From: an uncultured Alphaproteobacteria bacterium
Lineage (GTDB): Bacteria; Pseudomonadota; Alphaproteobacteria; Rhizobiales; CAWCWK01
Assembly: GCA_963842125.1 (NCBI GenBank)
Contig: CAWJFE010000005.1
Coordinates: 1,665,356-1,729,355, forward strand
Length of the DNA: 64,000 nt
Direction of reading: 5' to 3'
The position numbers and the translations under genes were made by a program. Every line of letters starts with the position of its first letter. The stretch's first letter is position 1. Positions 10,901-19,776 of the stretch are shown here, piece after piece. The notes beneath the pieces were generated by a model. It searched no databases. It was not told where the DNA came from and saw only the letters and a program-made list of their open reading frames with translations.

Positions 10901-11489
10901 AGCCGTCGCGCTCCAGCTTCGCGGCCCGCTCGGCGGCCTCCTCGATCGACTGGCCTAGGACGAACTGGCGGCCCATCTCCCGCATGGCACGCGTGACGGC
11001 CTTGCGGATCACCGGCTCCCCGAGACGCCGCGCAGCGTTGCCGAGGAGGCTGCCCGCCTCGCTCTTCGCCAGCACACGACCTGTGAGAGCGAGGCCTAGG
11101 GTGGAGGCGTTGACGAGGGCCGAGGCAGAATGGCCGAAATGCGAGAGCCAGGCCCCGGGCGCGATCTTGTCCTCGATCAGGGCATCGACGGTCTCCGCAT
11201 CCGGCACACGAAGCAGGGCCTCGGCGAGGCACATGAGGGCCAGGCCTTCGTCGGTGGAGAGGCCATACTCGGCGAGGAACACCTCCATCAACCCAGGCTC
11301 GCTCGCCTCCCGCAAGTCCGTCACGAACCGCGCCGCCTGGTGGCCAATGCGCGCACGGTCGGCAGACGAGAGATCTGCGCTCTTGATGAGCGAGCGGACG
11401 AGCGCATCCTCTGGCGCGCGAGTGTGATCCCGTATGCGCTCGCGAAGCGCGTCGAGGGTTGCGGGTTGATTGGCGGCGAACAGGCTCAT
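7998..11489 (-). CDS. putA: bifunctional proline dehydrogenase / L-glutamate gamma-semialdehyde dehydrogenase PutA
   Basis: The track ORF is 1296 aa, but PutA-like sequence begins at MSLFAANQ (ATG 11489), giving 1163 aa. ALDH-domain motifs are present: AETGGLNAMIVDSTA and catalytic-Cys context GQRCSALR. Confidence 0.95.
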   Translation of the reverse strand: MSLFAANQPATLDALRERIRDHTRAPEDALVRSLIKSADLSSADRARIGHQAARFVTDLREASEPGLMEVFLAEYGLSTDEGLALMCLAEALLRVPDAETVDALIEDKIAPGAWLSHFGHSASALVNASTLGLALTGRVLAKSEAGSLLGNAARRLGEPVIRKAVTRAMREMGRQFVLGQSIEEAAERAAKLERDGFTHSYDMLGEAAMTAADADAFLASYRHAIATLAVRATSDDIRDNPGISIKLSALHPRYEESQRDRVMAELVPRVLGLAEAAKSAGIGLNVDAEEADRLELSLDVIAAVLAEPDLAGWDGFGVVVQGYGKRAAFVIDWLHALAEDLDRRIMVRLVKGAYWDAEIKRAQVEGLPGFPVFTRKAATDVSYIACAAQLLAKTDRIYPQFATHNAHTVAAILDIADGRAAAFEFQRLHGMGEALHANVAKKYGTRCRIYAPVGRHRELLAYLVRRLLENGANSSFVNQVVDESVPAEAVVADPFESALEPARAIAAPADLFEPRRNSRGFDLSDPNDLAIIDAARTPYRATRWKAGPILAIDRIGGETLTATNPADPSDIVGEVQNATVEHVDLAYDAAAVWDVSESERAGILRAAADLYEVEFGEIFALLTREAGKTVADAIAELREAVDFLRFYADEAERLRPMTPCGRFVSISPWNFPLAIFTGQVAAGLAAGNAVLAKPAEETPLIAALAVGLLHEAGVPRSALQLLPGAGEVVGAALTSDARLDGVCFTGSTQTAQAINRTMAASASPAAPLIAETGGLNAMIVDSTALPEQAVRDIVASAFQSAGQRCSALRILYIQEDVFEPLTTMLYGAMDALRLGDPWMLSTDVGPVIDAGAHEAFRAYVDASAAQGRLLKRLSDIGPGYGFGPSVVRVQGIEDMAEEVFGPILHIATFPADGIDRVVDAINARGYGLTFGLHTRITARAERIARRIRVGNAYVNRNQIGAIVGSQPFGGEGLSGTGPKAGGPHYVARFARQDYEPGHRPTGRPITLEDLQAKIDGLPEARDTILDTTILPGPTGELNVLSTHPRGVVLCLGPSQADAKAQAHGAMAAGCPAVLVSDEAATASALVGIVAPETLTAMSGVAAIAFWGDRETSGAYRMALAARAGPLIPLLTGRDIASFCILERHVCTDTTAAGGNASLIASAS

Positions 11490-11510
11490 CGGTCGTTCCC
11501 TCGGCAAGAC

Positions 11511-11535
11511 TGCTGACAGCCTATCATTGTCGGCA
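11511..11535. promoter_or_regulatory. imperfect inverted repeat TGCTGACA-N9-TGTCGGCA in the putA/putR divergent spacer (candidate PutR operator)
   Basis: Read directly from the sequence; 7 of 8 positions are complementary. It lies in the 97-bp spacer between putA and the Lrp/AsnC regulator. The operator role is inference only. Confidence 0.2.
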
Positions 11536-11586
11536 TGGGTCATTCGACCTATGACGGGTCGTTGACAGGCAATTTGGCTGAATCCA

Positions 11587-12069
11587 ATGGGTGTATCCGG
11601 CGATGGCGCCGCAAGATCGATCGATCTCGACCCGTTCGACCGCCGCATCCTTGCGATTCTGGCCGTCGAGGGACGAGTGTCGGCCACGGCGCTGGCGGAG
11701 CGGATCGGCCTCAGCAAGACGCCGACGCAGGCGCGGCTGAAGCGATTGCAGGAGCGGGGCGTGATCCTCGGCTTTCGAGCCGTCGTGAACCACGCGCTAC
11801 TCGATCGCGACCATGTCGCCTTCGCGGAGGTCAAGCTGACCGACACGCGGGAGGCAGCCCTGAGCGCCTTCAACGATGCGGTTGCCATGGTCCCCGAGAT
11901 CGAGAGTTGTCACATGATCGCAGGGGCGTTCGACTATTTGTTGAAGGTCCGAACGCGCGACATCGCCGCTTACCGACGCGTGCTGGGCGAGCGCATCTCC
12001 GCGCTGCCGCACGTCGCCAGCACGTCGACCTATGTTGCGATGCAGACAGTGAAGGACGGATCTAGCTGA
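11587..12069 (+). CDS. putR: Lrp/AsnC family transcriptional regulator (proline-utilisation activator-like)
   Basis: 160 aa with an HTH (RVSATALAERIGLSKTPTQARLKRLQERGVI) and an AsnC-type C-terminal domain. Divergent from putA, as for PutR in other Alphaproteobacteria. Confidence 0.75.
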   Translation: MGVSGDGAARSIDLDPFDRRILAILAVEGRVSATALAERIGLSKTPTQARLKRLQERGVILGFRAVVNHALLDRDHVAFAEVKLTDTREAALSAFNDAVAMVPEIESCHMIAGAFDYLLKVRTRDIAAYRRVLGERISALPHVASTSTYVAMQTVKDGSS

Positions 12070-12745
12070 CGTTGGGCAGCGTGCGGATCGCGTATTCGAG
12101 TTCGATCGTACGATCGGTGTGCGAGTCTTCGAGCCGGCAGCGGAACCGCGCGGCGGGCAGTATGGCACCGGTGACGGTCGGGACCGTGCCGCAAAGGACG
12201 GCGAGCGGGCCCGACGGGCCGACGGCCGTCGCGTCTCGCGCACCGGTCAGCAGTTCGTCGAGCGGGCGCATCTGCCCGAGAGTGCCATCCTGATAGAGCG
12301 TCCATTCACCCGTCGCGTTCGCGATCCAAGAGCGCAGGCGAAGGTCTTCCAGGCGATCGCATACGGATGCGTAAGTCCAGGCGTAGCGTGCGATCGGCTT
12401 TGCGCAGGCCTGCTTGGAGAGCGCGACGGAGTGGGCTTCGAGCGCGCGGTCGGTGTGGTCCGACGCAAGACCGATCAACAGACCGTCCGGGCCGTCGATC
12501 AGGAATGGCTCGGCTTCGCCGGAGGTTTCCTTGCCCACGACTTCGATAGACCCTGCTTGCATCAGGAGGCTCGTCGCCACACGGTAGTAGAGCGGCACCG
12601 TGCTCGGCGGCGCGACGCCGATGGCGGCGAGTTCGTCGATGTGGTGCCGTACGGCGCCGGCGTCACGCCCGGTCCAGCCCGCGACGACCGTGCTGGTGGG
12701 CGCGATGTCGATGGGCGTGTCGTCCAGGGCGAAGGTCAGTGTCAT
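12062..12745 (-). CDS. DUF2848 domain-containing protein (function unknown)
   Basis: 227 aa with GAGGAG 6 nt upstream of the ATG. Last gene of the TRAP operon, 10 nt after dctM. The family assignment is from memory of similar annotated proteins, not from a search. Confidence 0.6.
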   Translation of the reverse strand: MTLTFALDDTPIDIAPTSTVVAGWTGRDAGAVRHHIDELAAIGVAPPSTVPLYYRVATSLLMQAGSIEVVGKETSGEAEPFLIDGPDGLLIGLASDHTDRALEAHSVALSKQACAKPIARYAWTYASVCDRLEDLRLRSWIANATGEWTLYQDGTLGQMRPLDELLTGARDATAVGPSGPLAVLCGTVPTVTGAILPAARFRCRLEDSHTDRTIELEYAIRTLPNVS

Positions 12746-12755
12746 CGTCGGCTCC

Positions 12756-14030
12756 TCATCCGCCCAACCACAGGGCGAGACCCGGCACAGCTATCAGCGC
12801 GGCGGCCATCAGCAGCATCACGCCGACGAACGGCGCGGCGCCGACCATGACCTCGCTCATTCGCCCGGTCTTCCGCGCAGCCTGCACGACGTAGAGGTTG
12901 AGGCCGACGGGGGGCGTGATGAGCGCCATCTCGATGAGAAGGATGAGGAGGATCCCGAACCAGACCTTGTCATAGCCGAGCCCTGCGACGATCGGCACGA
13001 CGATCGGGATCGTCGCGACCATTAGCGACAGCGTCTCGATGAAGAAGCCGAGAACGATATAGAGGCCCACGATAATCAGCAGCGTCGCGAGAGGGCTCAT
13101 GTCGAGGCCGGTGAGAAGGCTCTGCAACTGACGACCGAGTCCGGCGGATGCGAGACAGTAGTTGAGGAAATAGGCCGCCGAGATGACGAGGATGATCATT
13201 GCGGTGATCCGCATCGTCCCCAACAGCGCCTCGACGACCCAGCCGAGCCGGATGCCGCTTTGCACCTGTGCGATCACGAAGGCCATCGCGACACCCAGGG
13301 CCGCGCTCTCCGTCGGCGTCGCCCAGCCGAGATAGATCGAGCCCACGACGACGAGGAAGAGAATGGCGATGGGAATGAGAGAGGAAAGACCTGAAATCCG
13401 CTCAGACCAGTCGGCCGTGCGTGTCGGCCCTCCGAGGCTGGGACGCCATTTGCAAAGGAGGACCGTGACGACCATGAAGCCGAGCGCCATCAGCAATCCG
13501 GGCACCAGGCCGGCAAGGAAGAGGCGTGGGATCGAGGTCTCGGTCAGGAAGCCGTACACGATGAGGTTGATCGACGGCGGGATCATGATGCCGAGCGTTC
13601 CACCGGCCGCGATAGCGCCGGAGAAGAGGCGAGGATCGTAGTTCAGCCGCTCGGCCTGCGGCATCGCTACGGTCGCCACCGTAGCCGCCGTCGCGACGGA
13701 CGACCCGGAGGTCGCTGAGAAGAGCGTCGCAGTGCCGATATTCGCATGGATGAGGCCGCCGGGCAGCCAGGAAAGCCAAGCGTCGAGGGCCTTGTAGGTG
13801 CGCTCCGCAATCCCCGCGCGCACCAGCACTTCGCCCAAAAGGACGAAGAACGGGATTGCGATGAGGAGCGAGGCGTTCATCGCCGACCAGACGACCTGGC
13901 CAAGCCCACGAATGAGCGGGAAGGGCGACACGAAGACATCGATACCGATGCCGAGGACGAAGAGCACGACGCCCACCGGCAGCGACAGGGCGAGGAGCCC
14001 GAAAAGGGCGGCGGTCACACCGGCGATCAC
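12756..14030 (-). CDS. dctM: TRAP transporter large permease subunit
   Basis: 424 aa, polytopic. GTG start in a GTGA overlap with the dctQ stop. Confidence 0.9.
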   Translation of the reverse strand: MIAGVTAALFGLLALSLPVGVVLFVLGIGIDVFVSPFPLIRGLGQVVWSAMNASLLIAIPFFVLLGEVLVRAGIAERTYKALDAWLSWLPGGLIHANIGTATLFSATSGSSVATAATVATVAMPQAERLNYDPRLFSGAIAAGGTLGIMIPPSINLIVYGFLTETSIPRLFLAGLVPGLLMALGFMVVTVLLCKWRPSLGGPTRTADWSERISGLSSLIPIAILFLVVVGSIYLGWATPTESAALGVAMAFVIAQVQSGIRLGWVVEALLGTMRITAMIILVISAAYFLNYCLASAGLGRQLQSLLTGLDMSPLATLLIIVGLYIVLGFFIETLSLMVATIPIVVPIVAGLGYDKVWFGILLILLIEMALITPPVGLNLYVVQAARKTGRMSEVMVGAAPFVGVMLLMAAALIAVPGLALWLGG

Positions 14031-14599
14031 GAAACCGACTCCAACTCACCGCGAAGGCCGATGGCGCCCTCTGCCAGATCGCGCTGCCCGCGCACCATGA
14101 AGAGTGTACCGATGACGACGAGCGCGATGGCGCAAAGTGCGAACCACGTCCAGCCGAGAACCCAAACACCCTGCGGAATCCAGAGCGGCGTCTCTAACGG
14201 CGTGTTGGCGCGCGAGCCCCGATCGAGCGTCACGAGGAGGACGCGCCAGCCGTGCCACGCGACGAGCGTCGCGACGGCGGCGAGAGCGCCCATGGAAAGG
14301 ATGTCGAGGCCCGCGCGCATCGGAGAGCCGAGCCGGCCGTGGAGGAGGTCGATCCGCACATGCGCACGCTCCAGCAGCGCGTAGGCGAAGCCCCAGGCGG
14401 CGATGCCCGCCATGACGTAGCCGGAGATCTCGTCCGTGCCGCCGAGAATGCCGCCCACCGTGCGCCGCAGCGTGACCTCGATGAGGATGAGGGCGGCCGT
14501 CCCAAGAAGGACGACGCCGCAGACGATAGCGATGCCGCGATTGATCCGGGCAAGGATGGAGACGGCGCGCCGGGCGCCGCCTCCGGTGTGCGTTGACAC
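14027..14599 (-). CDS. dctQ: TRAP transporter small permease subunit
   Basis: I place the start at in-frame GTG 14599 (VSTHTGGG..., 190 aa). That is 1 nt after the stop (14601-14603) of the dctP C-terminal reading frame. The track start at 14656 would overlap that frame. Confidence 0.8.
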   Translation of the reverse strand: MSTHTGGGARRAVSILARINRGIAIVCGVVLLGTAALILIEVTLRRTVGGILGGTDEISGYVMAGIAAWGFAYALLERAHVRIDLLHGRLGSPMRAGLDILSMGALAAVATLVAWHGWRVLLVTLDRGSRANTPLETPLWIPQGVWVLGWTWFALCAIALVVIGTLFMVRGQRDLAEGAIGLRGELESVS

Positions 14600-14600
14600 G

Positions 14601-15652
14601 CTACTGGACCTGAACGCCGACGGTCGCGCCGACGGTCTCGTTCCAGCGGGTCGCATAGGCTTCGCCAGCGCGCTCGGCCCAGTCAGGCAGCACCTGCTCC
14701 TTGAGGACCGTCTCGGCGCGCGCTGTGTCCGCCTCGGAGGGCTCGACCAACGTCATCGAGGCGGCTCGCCGGAGTTGCAGGTGCCGCTGCCCGTAAGGCA
14801 AGCGATGTCGTTGGCGAGCGCGTCGCCGGCCGCGTCCCAGGCGGGGCCTTCGAGGCCGGAGGCGATCTCGGAGGAAATGAGGGTCTGCGTCGCCTCCGGC
14901 AGCGAGTCCCACTTCTCCATGTTCATAGCCGTCACGACGGCGTCCCAGCCGCCGAGCGGCAGCGTCATCAGATGGGTCGAGCTCTCCCACCAGCCGGCGG
15001 AGTAGCCGGAGCCAGAGCCAGTGATGGCGCAGTCGATGACGCCGCGCTCCAACGCACCCGGAACCTCGGAGAAGGCGACGTTGACGCCCTCGGCACCGAG
15101 CGCCTCGAGGAAGAGGGTCGTCATACGGCCCGATCCGCGCACCTTCTTGCCGGCCAGATCGTCGAGGCTCGCGATCTCCGCGTTGCAGAAGACGACCTGC
15201 GGGGGGTAGGGCGCGATGGCCAGAAGCTTGGAGCCGAAGCGCTCGGCCATGATGTCTTCCACCATGGGCCGCGCCGCATCGACCATCATCCGCGCTTCGG
15301 CGGCGGAGGTCGCGACGAGCGGTACGTCGAGCCCTTCGAGCTCGGGCGCATCGCCGACCGTATAGTCGGCCACCGTCGCTCCGACGTCGAAGACGCCATC
15401 ATCGAGGAGACGGAAGACATCGCCGCCGGCCACGCCCATCTGATCGAAGGTCGTGAGGTTGACGGTGATCGCACCGCCGGAAGCGGCCGGCAGGGTCTCG
15501 GTCCAGAACGGCGTCTCGAACTGCTTGTAGAGCGGAAGGCTCGACCAGGAGCCGACGACGGCGAGTTCGACGGGCTCGATGGTCTGTGCGATGGCAGGTG
15601 CCGACGCCGCGATGGCGGTGGTGGCGAGCAGGAGGGTAGCCAGTGTCTTCAT
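14601..15652 (-). pseudogene. dctP: TRAP substrate-binding protein gene interrupted by an apparent single-base deletion
   Basis: Main frame 15652..14753 gives 299 aa with signal peptide [22 protein letters not shown] and ends ...CNSGEPPR*. A second frame continues with protein-like ASMTLVEPSEADTARAETVLKEQVLPDWAERAGEAYATRWNETVGATVGVQVQ* down to 14601, 1 nt before the dctQ GTG. The joined length of about 350 aa is normal for DctP-type proteins. The shift maps to about 14760-14765 (GAGCCGCCTCGATG). Confidence 0.6.
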
Positions 15653-16548
15653 CGTTCATTCTCCTCTGAGAGACGGTTGTCGGCCCGCTTCTTTGGCGGC
15701 GGGCTCTCTTGAAAAAGCGGTTCGGTCGGAAACGTCGTCAGGCCGGCGGCCTTCACGTCGCAGACCAGCATGTGGCCGGGCGCGTGCGTGATCGCGAAGG
15801 GGAGACGCGCCTGACGCAAGGCCATCTGGGGCGTGACCCCGCAGGCCCAGAAGACGAGGATGTCACCGGGCTCGATGACCGGCGGATCCCCGAACTCCGG
15901 CGCGGCGATATCGCGGATGCCGAGGGTCGCCGGATCGCCGATGTGGACAGGTGCGCCGTGTGCCAACGGTTGACGGTCGGAGAGGACGACGGCGCGGATC
16001 GCGGCTTCGGCCGGCATCGCGCGCAGCGTGACGACGAGGGCCCCGGAGAAGGGGCCGGACGGGCTCGTCTTGCGGTCGGTCACGTACATGGGCACGTTGC
16101 GGCCGGCTGCGATATGTCGGACAGGCAAGTCTTCGGCCAGCAGGCTCTCCTCGAAGGAGAACGAGCAGCCGAGCGCGAACGTGACGAGATCACCGCGCCA
16201 GAGATCGCGAATGTCCGTCATTTCATCGGCCTCTTCGCCATCGCGAAATATGCGGTAGCGCGGCACATCGGTGCGGATGTCGAGGTCGTGCGCGAGGGCG
16301 GGAAGCGACGGATCGCCCGGTTCGCTCACCCCGACGAGGGGGCAGGGTTTCGGATTGCGGGCGCAGAACCGAAAAAAGTCGTTCGCCGCATTCTCCGGAA
16401 GGATGACCAGATTTGCCTGCAGCATCCCAGGCGCGTGGCCGGACGTCTGACCGGTGAAGGCACCCGTCCGCGCGGCGGCGCGCAAAGCCATCGACGAGCC
16501 GAAGGCCGGCTCCTCGGACGGCAACGGGAGAGGTGCGGCCAGGGACAT
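15649..16548 (-). CDS. UPF0317 putative hydro-lyase (DUF1445, D-glutamate cyclase-like fold)
   Basis: 299 aa with strong family-typical stretches: QANLVILP, [11 protein letters not shown], [56 protein letters not shown] overlap with dctP. Confidence 0.85.
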   Translation of the reverse strand: MSLAAPLPLPSEEPAFGSSMALRAAARTGAFTGQTSGHAPGMLQANLVILPENAANDFFRFCARNPKPCPLVGVSEPGDPSLPALAHDLDIRTDVPRYRIFRDGEEADEMTDIRDLWRGDLVTFALGCSFSFEESLLAEDLPVRHIAAGRNVPMYVTDRKTSPSGPFSGALVVTLRAMPAEAAIRAVVLSDRQPLAHGAPVHIGDPATLGIRDIAAPEFGDPPVIEPGDILVFWACGVTPQMALRQARLPFAITHAPGHMLVCDVKAAGLTTFPTEPLFQESPPPKKRADNRLSEENER

Positions 16549-16620
16549 ACCGCAACCCTCACCGTCACGTCCGATGCTGTCAAGAGATATTATTGGCGGT
16601 CCACCGATCTTCTGGAAGGA

Positions 16621-17487
16621 TCAATCGAGGGCGGCGAAGGCGGCATCGACGTCCGCGCCGAAGTCTTGCACCCGGCACAGCGTGAACTCGAGCGGCGAAA
16701 GCTTCGCGTCCTCGTCGACGTCGAGTGCGACGATCCGTCCAGCCGCGACTGCGTCCGTGGCCATCGATCGGGGCAACGTCCCGATGCCGACACCGTCCGC
16801 GACGAGGTTCATCACGGTGGCGAGCGACGCGCTACCGTGGAGAAGAGGCACCGCGATATCGGGCCGTGCGAAGAGCCGCTCGACCTCGCGAAACGGCAAC
16901 GTCTCCTTGGAGAATGTGACGACCGGATGAGCGGCGATGTCGGCCAGGCTTAGCCGTCCGCTTAGTCCGAGTGCCGGCGCCGCGTACCAGTCGAGATCAA
17001 ACCGGCCGATCGCGCGCCCGATGGCCCTTGGCGGCATGAACTGCTTCATCAGCGCCGCGACATCGAGTTCATCCGCCACCAGCTTTTCGGCGAGGCGCGC
17101 GGATGTGTCGACGGCAAGCTCGATCCGAAGACCCGGCGCCGCGTCCTGCAGCGCTTTCATGATGGCAGCCATGCGGGTGTGGACGATCGTCTCCGCCACG
17201 CCTAGGCGCAGCGTGCCGTGGGAGCGATCCTTACCGGCGAAGCTCTCAGCGATCTGATCGCGCAGGGCGACGAGACGCTCGATCTCTTCGAGAAAGCGCC
17301 GCCCCTGCGAGGTCAGGCGGACCTGCCGCTTGGAGCGATCGAACAGGAGGACGCCGAGCTTGCGCTCCAGCGTCGCGATCCGGTTGGAGACCGCCGATTG
17401 AGAGAGATTCAGCGCCTGCGCGGCGGCCCTGAAGCCGCCGCTGCGCGCCACCTCGCGCATCATCTCCGCATCGCGTATTCCGAACAT
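16621..17487 (-). CDS. LysR family transcriptional regulator
   Basis: 288 aa with N-terminal wHTH FRAAAQALNLSQSAVSNRIATLERKLGVLLFDR and a LysR substrate-binding-type C-terminus. Confidence 0.9.
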   Translation of the reverse strand: MFGIRDAEMMREVARSGGFRAAAQALNLSQSAVSNRIATLERKLGVLLFDRSKRQVRLTSQGRRFLEEIERLVALRDQIAESFAGKDRSHGTLRLGVAETIVHTRMAAIMKALQDAAPGLRIELAVDTSARLAEKLVADELDVAALMKQFMPPRAIGRAIGRFDLDWYAAPALGLSGRLSLADIAAHPVVTFSKETLPFREVERLFARPDIAVPLLHGSASLATVMNLVADGVGIGTLPRSMATDAVAAGRIVALDVDEDAKLSPLEFTLCRVQDFGADVDAAFAALD

Positions 17488-17535
17488 CGCCGGGTGATGG
17501 CAGGAACGCGGGGCGGAGGCAATGCGCGTCGGAGA

Positions 17536-19773
17536 TCAGTCCGGCAGGTGCGGGATGATCTTGTCGAGCGTCGCTGGGTAGTCACGCACCCGCACGCCGC
17601 ACGCATTGAAGATCGCGTTGGTGATCGCAGCGCCCGCGCCCGAGATGCCGAGTTCGCCGATGCCCTTGGCCTGGATCGGGTTGGCCGCATCGTCTCGCTC
17701 GTCGATGAACCGAACGTCGAGCTTGGGCACGTCGAGGTTCACCGGGATGTGGTACTCGGCGAGGTCGCCGTTGACCATGTGGCCGTCGCGGTGGTCGTGA
17801 TGCAGCTCTTCGTGGAGCGCTGTTCCAATTCCCCAGATCATGCCGCCATAGGCCTGCGAACGAGCGGTTTGCTCGTTGAGAATGCGGCCCGCACCGAACG
17901 CGCCCAACATCCGCCGCACACGCGTCTCGCCGGTGACGGCGTTGACCGCAACCTCGGCGAAGTGCGCGCCGTAGCCGGCCTGCGAGAACTCCTTCATGGT
18001 CTTGCCCGGCTCGATATGGCCTTCTTCGGCCAGCGGTTCGTCGATGAGATCGGTGATCGGTTTGCGGTGGTTGCCGCCCGTGGCGACGCCGTCCTTCAGC
18101 GTCAGTTCGCCTCGATCGCAGCCGAGCGCACCGGCGAGCTTCGTCCGGATCGCCTCACAGGCAAGGTATACGGACGACCCGGCCGACTGCGCACCCCAGG
18201 AGCCGCCGGAGCCGGCGCTGGGCGGCAGATCGGTATCGCCGAGGCGAACCTCGACGGCATCGAACGGCAGGCCGAGCATCTCGGCCGTGATCTGGCCGAG
18301 GATCGTATAGGTGCCGGTGCCGATATCCGTCATGTCGGTCTCGACGAGCGCCGTTCCGTCTGTGCGGAGCGTCACGCGCGCCTTAGACGCGCCGAGGATG
18401 TTGCTTCGGGCGGCGGACGCGACACCCATGCCGATCCACCACTCGCCTTCACGTCTCGACGCCGGCGCCGCCTTGCGGTCCGACCATCCAAACGCCTCGG
18501 CACCTTCCCGCAGGCATTGCGCCAGCGCGTGGGCCGAGAAGGGTATGTCCTTCTCCGGATGACGCTCCGGCACGTTGCGCAGACGAAGTTCCACAGGGTC
18601 CAGACCCAGTTCATGCGCCAGCTCGTCCATCGCGTTCTCGAGCCCGAGCATGCCCACCGCCTCGCCCGGCGCCCGGACGGAGCCGGCACAAGTGAGGTTC
18701 ACGCGCGCGATTTCGTGCACGTAGGCGCGGTTCTCGCCGGCATAGAGGAAGTGCGTGGCCTGCGCGACCGGCTCGGAGAACCCTTCGTCCTCGAGGTTGG
18801 AGACGCGCGCTTCGTGTGCAAGCGCGGTGATACGTCCGTCGGCATCGGCGCCGAGGCGCATGCGCTGCCGGGTCTCCGTCCGCCGCATCGTCGCCTCGAA
18901 GACCGTACGGCGGCTCATCACCACGCGCACAGGTCGACCGAGCGCCCTGGCCGCGAGAGCCGCCGTGACGCTTTCTTGCGAAAGGCCGAGCTTGGAGCCG
19001 AACCCGCCGCCGACGTAGGGCGCGAGAACCCGAACGTTCTTCTCGTCGATGCCGAGCGCATCGGCAATCTCAGCGCGGTTGTATTTCAGCATCTGGTAGG
19101 CGCCGTGAAGGGTGAGCTTGTCGCCGTCCCATTCGGCCAGCCCGGCATGAGGCTCCATCGGCGCGCTCGATTGCACGGGCGTCGTGTAGCGCACATCTAC
19201 GCTCGCATGTGCCGCCGCCATGGCCGCATCGACGTCGCCCTGCTCGGTCTGCTTGCGGCGCGGACGCTCCGCTTCGGCCTGATCGGGGTCGAAGATGCCG
19301 TCGCCGTCGTCCTCATATTCGACGCGCAGGTTCATCGCCGCGTCACGCGCGGCCTCGAACGTCTCGGCGACGACAAGGGCGATGGGCTGGCCGAGATAGC
19401 TGATCTCGCCATCGGGCTGCACCGGCGCTGCGCCGGCTCCACCCTGTGCCGGGTTGCGGATGAAGTGTTTACCGGAGAAGACGCCGAGCACGCCCGGCAT
19501 CGCGAGCGCAGCCGCCTCGTCGATCGCCTTCACGCGGCCCTTGGCGATGGAGGCGGGGACGAGAACGCCGGTCGCGAGGTTCGCCGCCGTGTATTCGGCC
19601 GCGTAGGTCGCGGTGCCGGAGACCTTGAGCGGTCCGTCCGGGCGGTTGACCGGCTTGCCCACGACGCCCTGCACCATATCGTCGAGCCGACGATCGGTAG
19701 CCGGCGCATCCATCTTCATGTGTCCGTCCTCGTAGGGATCGGACGCGAAGGGGTTGAGGCTTGAAAGATCCAT
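17536..19773 (-). CDS. xanthine dehydrogenase/aldehyde oxidase family, molybdopterin-binding large subunit
   Basis: 745 aa with the GGGFGSK motif. Third gene of a small (2Fe-2S) / medium (FAD) / large subunit operon. Confidence 0.9.
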   Translation of the reverse strand: MDLSSLNPFASDPYEDGHMKMDAPATDRRLDDMVQGVVGKPVNRPDGPLKVSGTATYAAEYTAANLATGVLVPASIAKGRVKAIDEAAALAMPGVLGVFSGKHFIRNPAQGGAGAAPVQPDGEISYLGQPIALVVAETFEAARDAAMNLRVEYEDDGDGIFDPDQAEAERPRRKQTEQGDVDAAMAAAHASVDVRYTTPVQSSAPMEPHAGLAEWDGDKLTLHGAYQMLKYNRAEIADALGIDEKNVRVLAPYVGGGFGSKLGLSQESVTAALAARALGRPVRVVMSRRTVFEATMRRTETRQRMRLGADADGRITALAHEARVSNLEDEGFSEPVAQATHFLYAGENRAYVHEIARVNLTCAGSVRAPGEAVGMLGLENAMDELAHELGLDPVELRLRNVPERHPEKDIPFSAHALAQCLREGAEAFGWSDRKAAPASRREGEWWIGMGVASAARSNILGASKARVTLRTDGTALVETDMTDIGTGTYTILGQITAEMLGLPFDAVEVRLGDTDLPPSAGSGGSWGAQSAGSSVYLACEAIRTKLAGALGCDRGELTLKDGVATGGNHRKPITDLIDEPLAEEGHIEPGKTMKEFSQAGYGAHFAEVAVNAVTGETRVRRMLGAFGAGRILNEQTARSQAYGGMIWGIGTALHEELHHDHRDGHMVNGDLAEYHIPVNLDVPKLDVRFIDERDDAANPIQAKGIGELGISGAGAAITNAIFNACGVRVRDYPATLDKIIPHLPD

Positions 19774-19776
19774 CGA

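Noticed and set aside
11490-11888. 133-codon N-terminal extension of the putA ORF in the track (and similar extensions on the moaA, modA, moaC, moaE, ctrA, cysQ and XDH-subunit ORFs)
   Set aside because: The extensions are compositionally aberrant and overlap upstream genes or promoters. Internal starts give family-typical N-termini and classic ATGA/GTGA coupling.
16549-16620. TTGACA hexamer (minus strand, 16583-16578) between the LysR gene and the hydro-lyase gene as a promoter
   Set aside because: No acceptable -10 element lies at 16-18 nt spacing, and the hexamer sits only about 30 nt from the start codon. A single hexamer match is not sufficient.
17218-19764. 848-aa ORF on the plus strand, antisense to the XDH large-subunit gene
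   Set aside because: It is Arg/Gly/Ala/Pro-rich with no recognisable domain, and it exactly shadows a gene with clear family features on the other strand. Long stop-free antisense frames are expected at this GC content.
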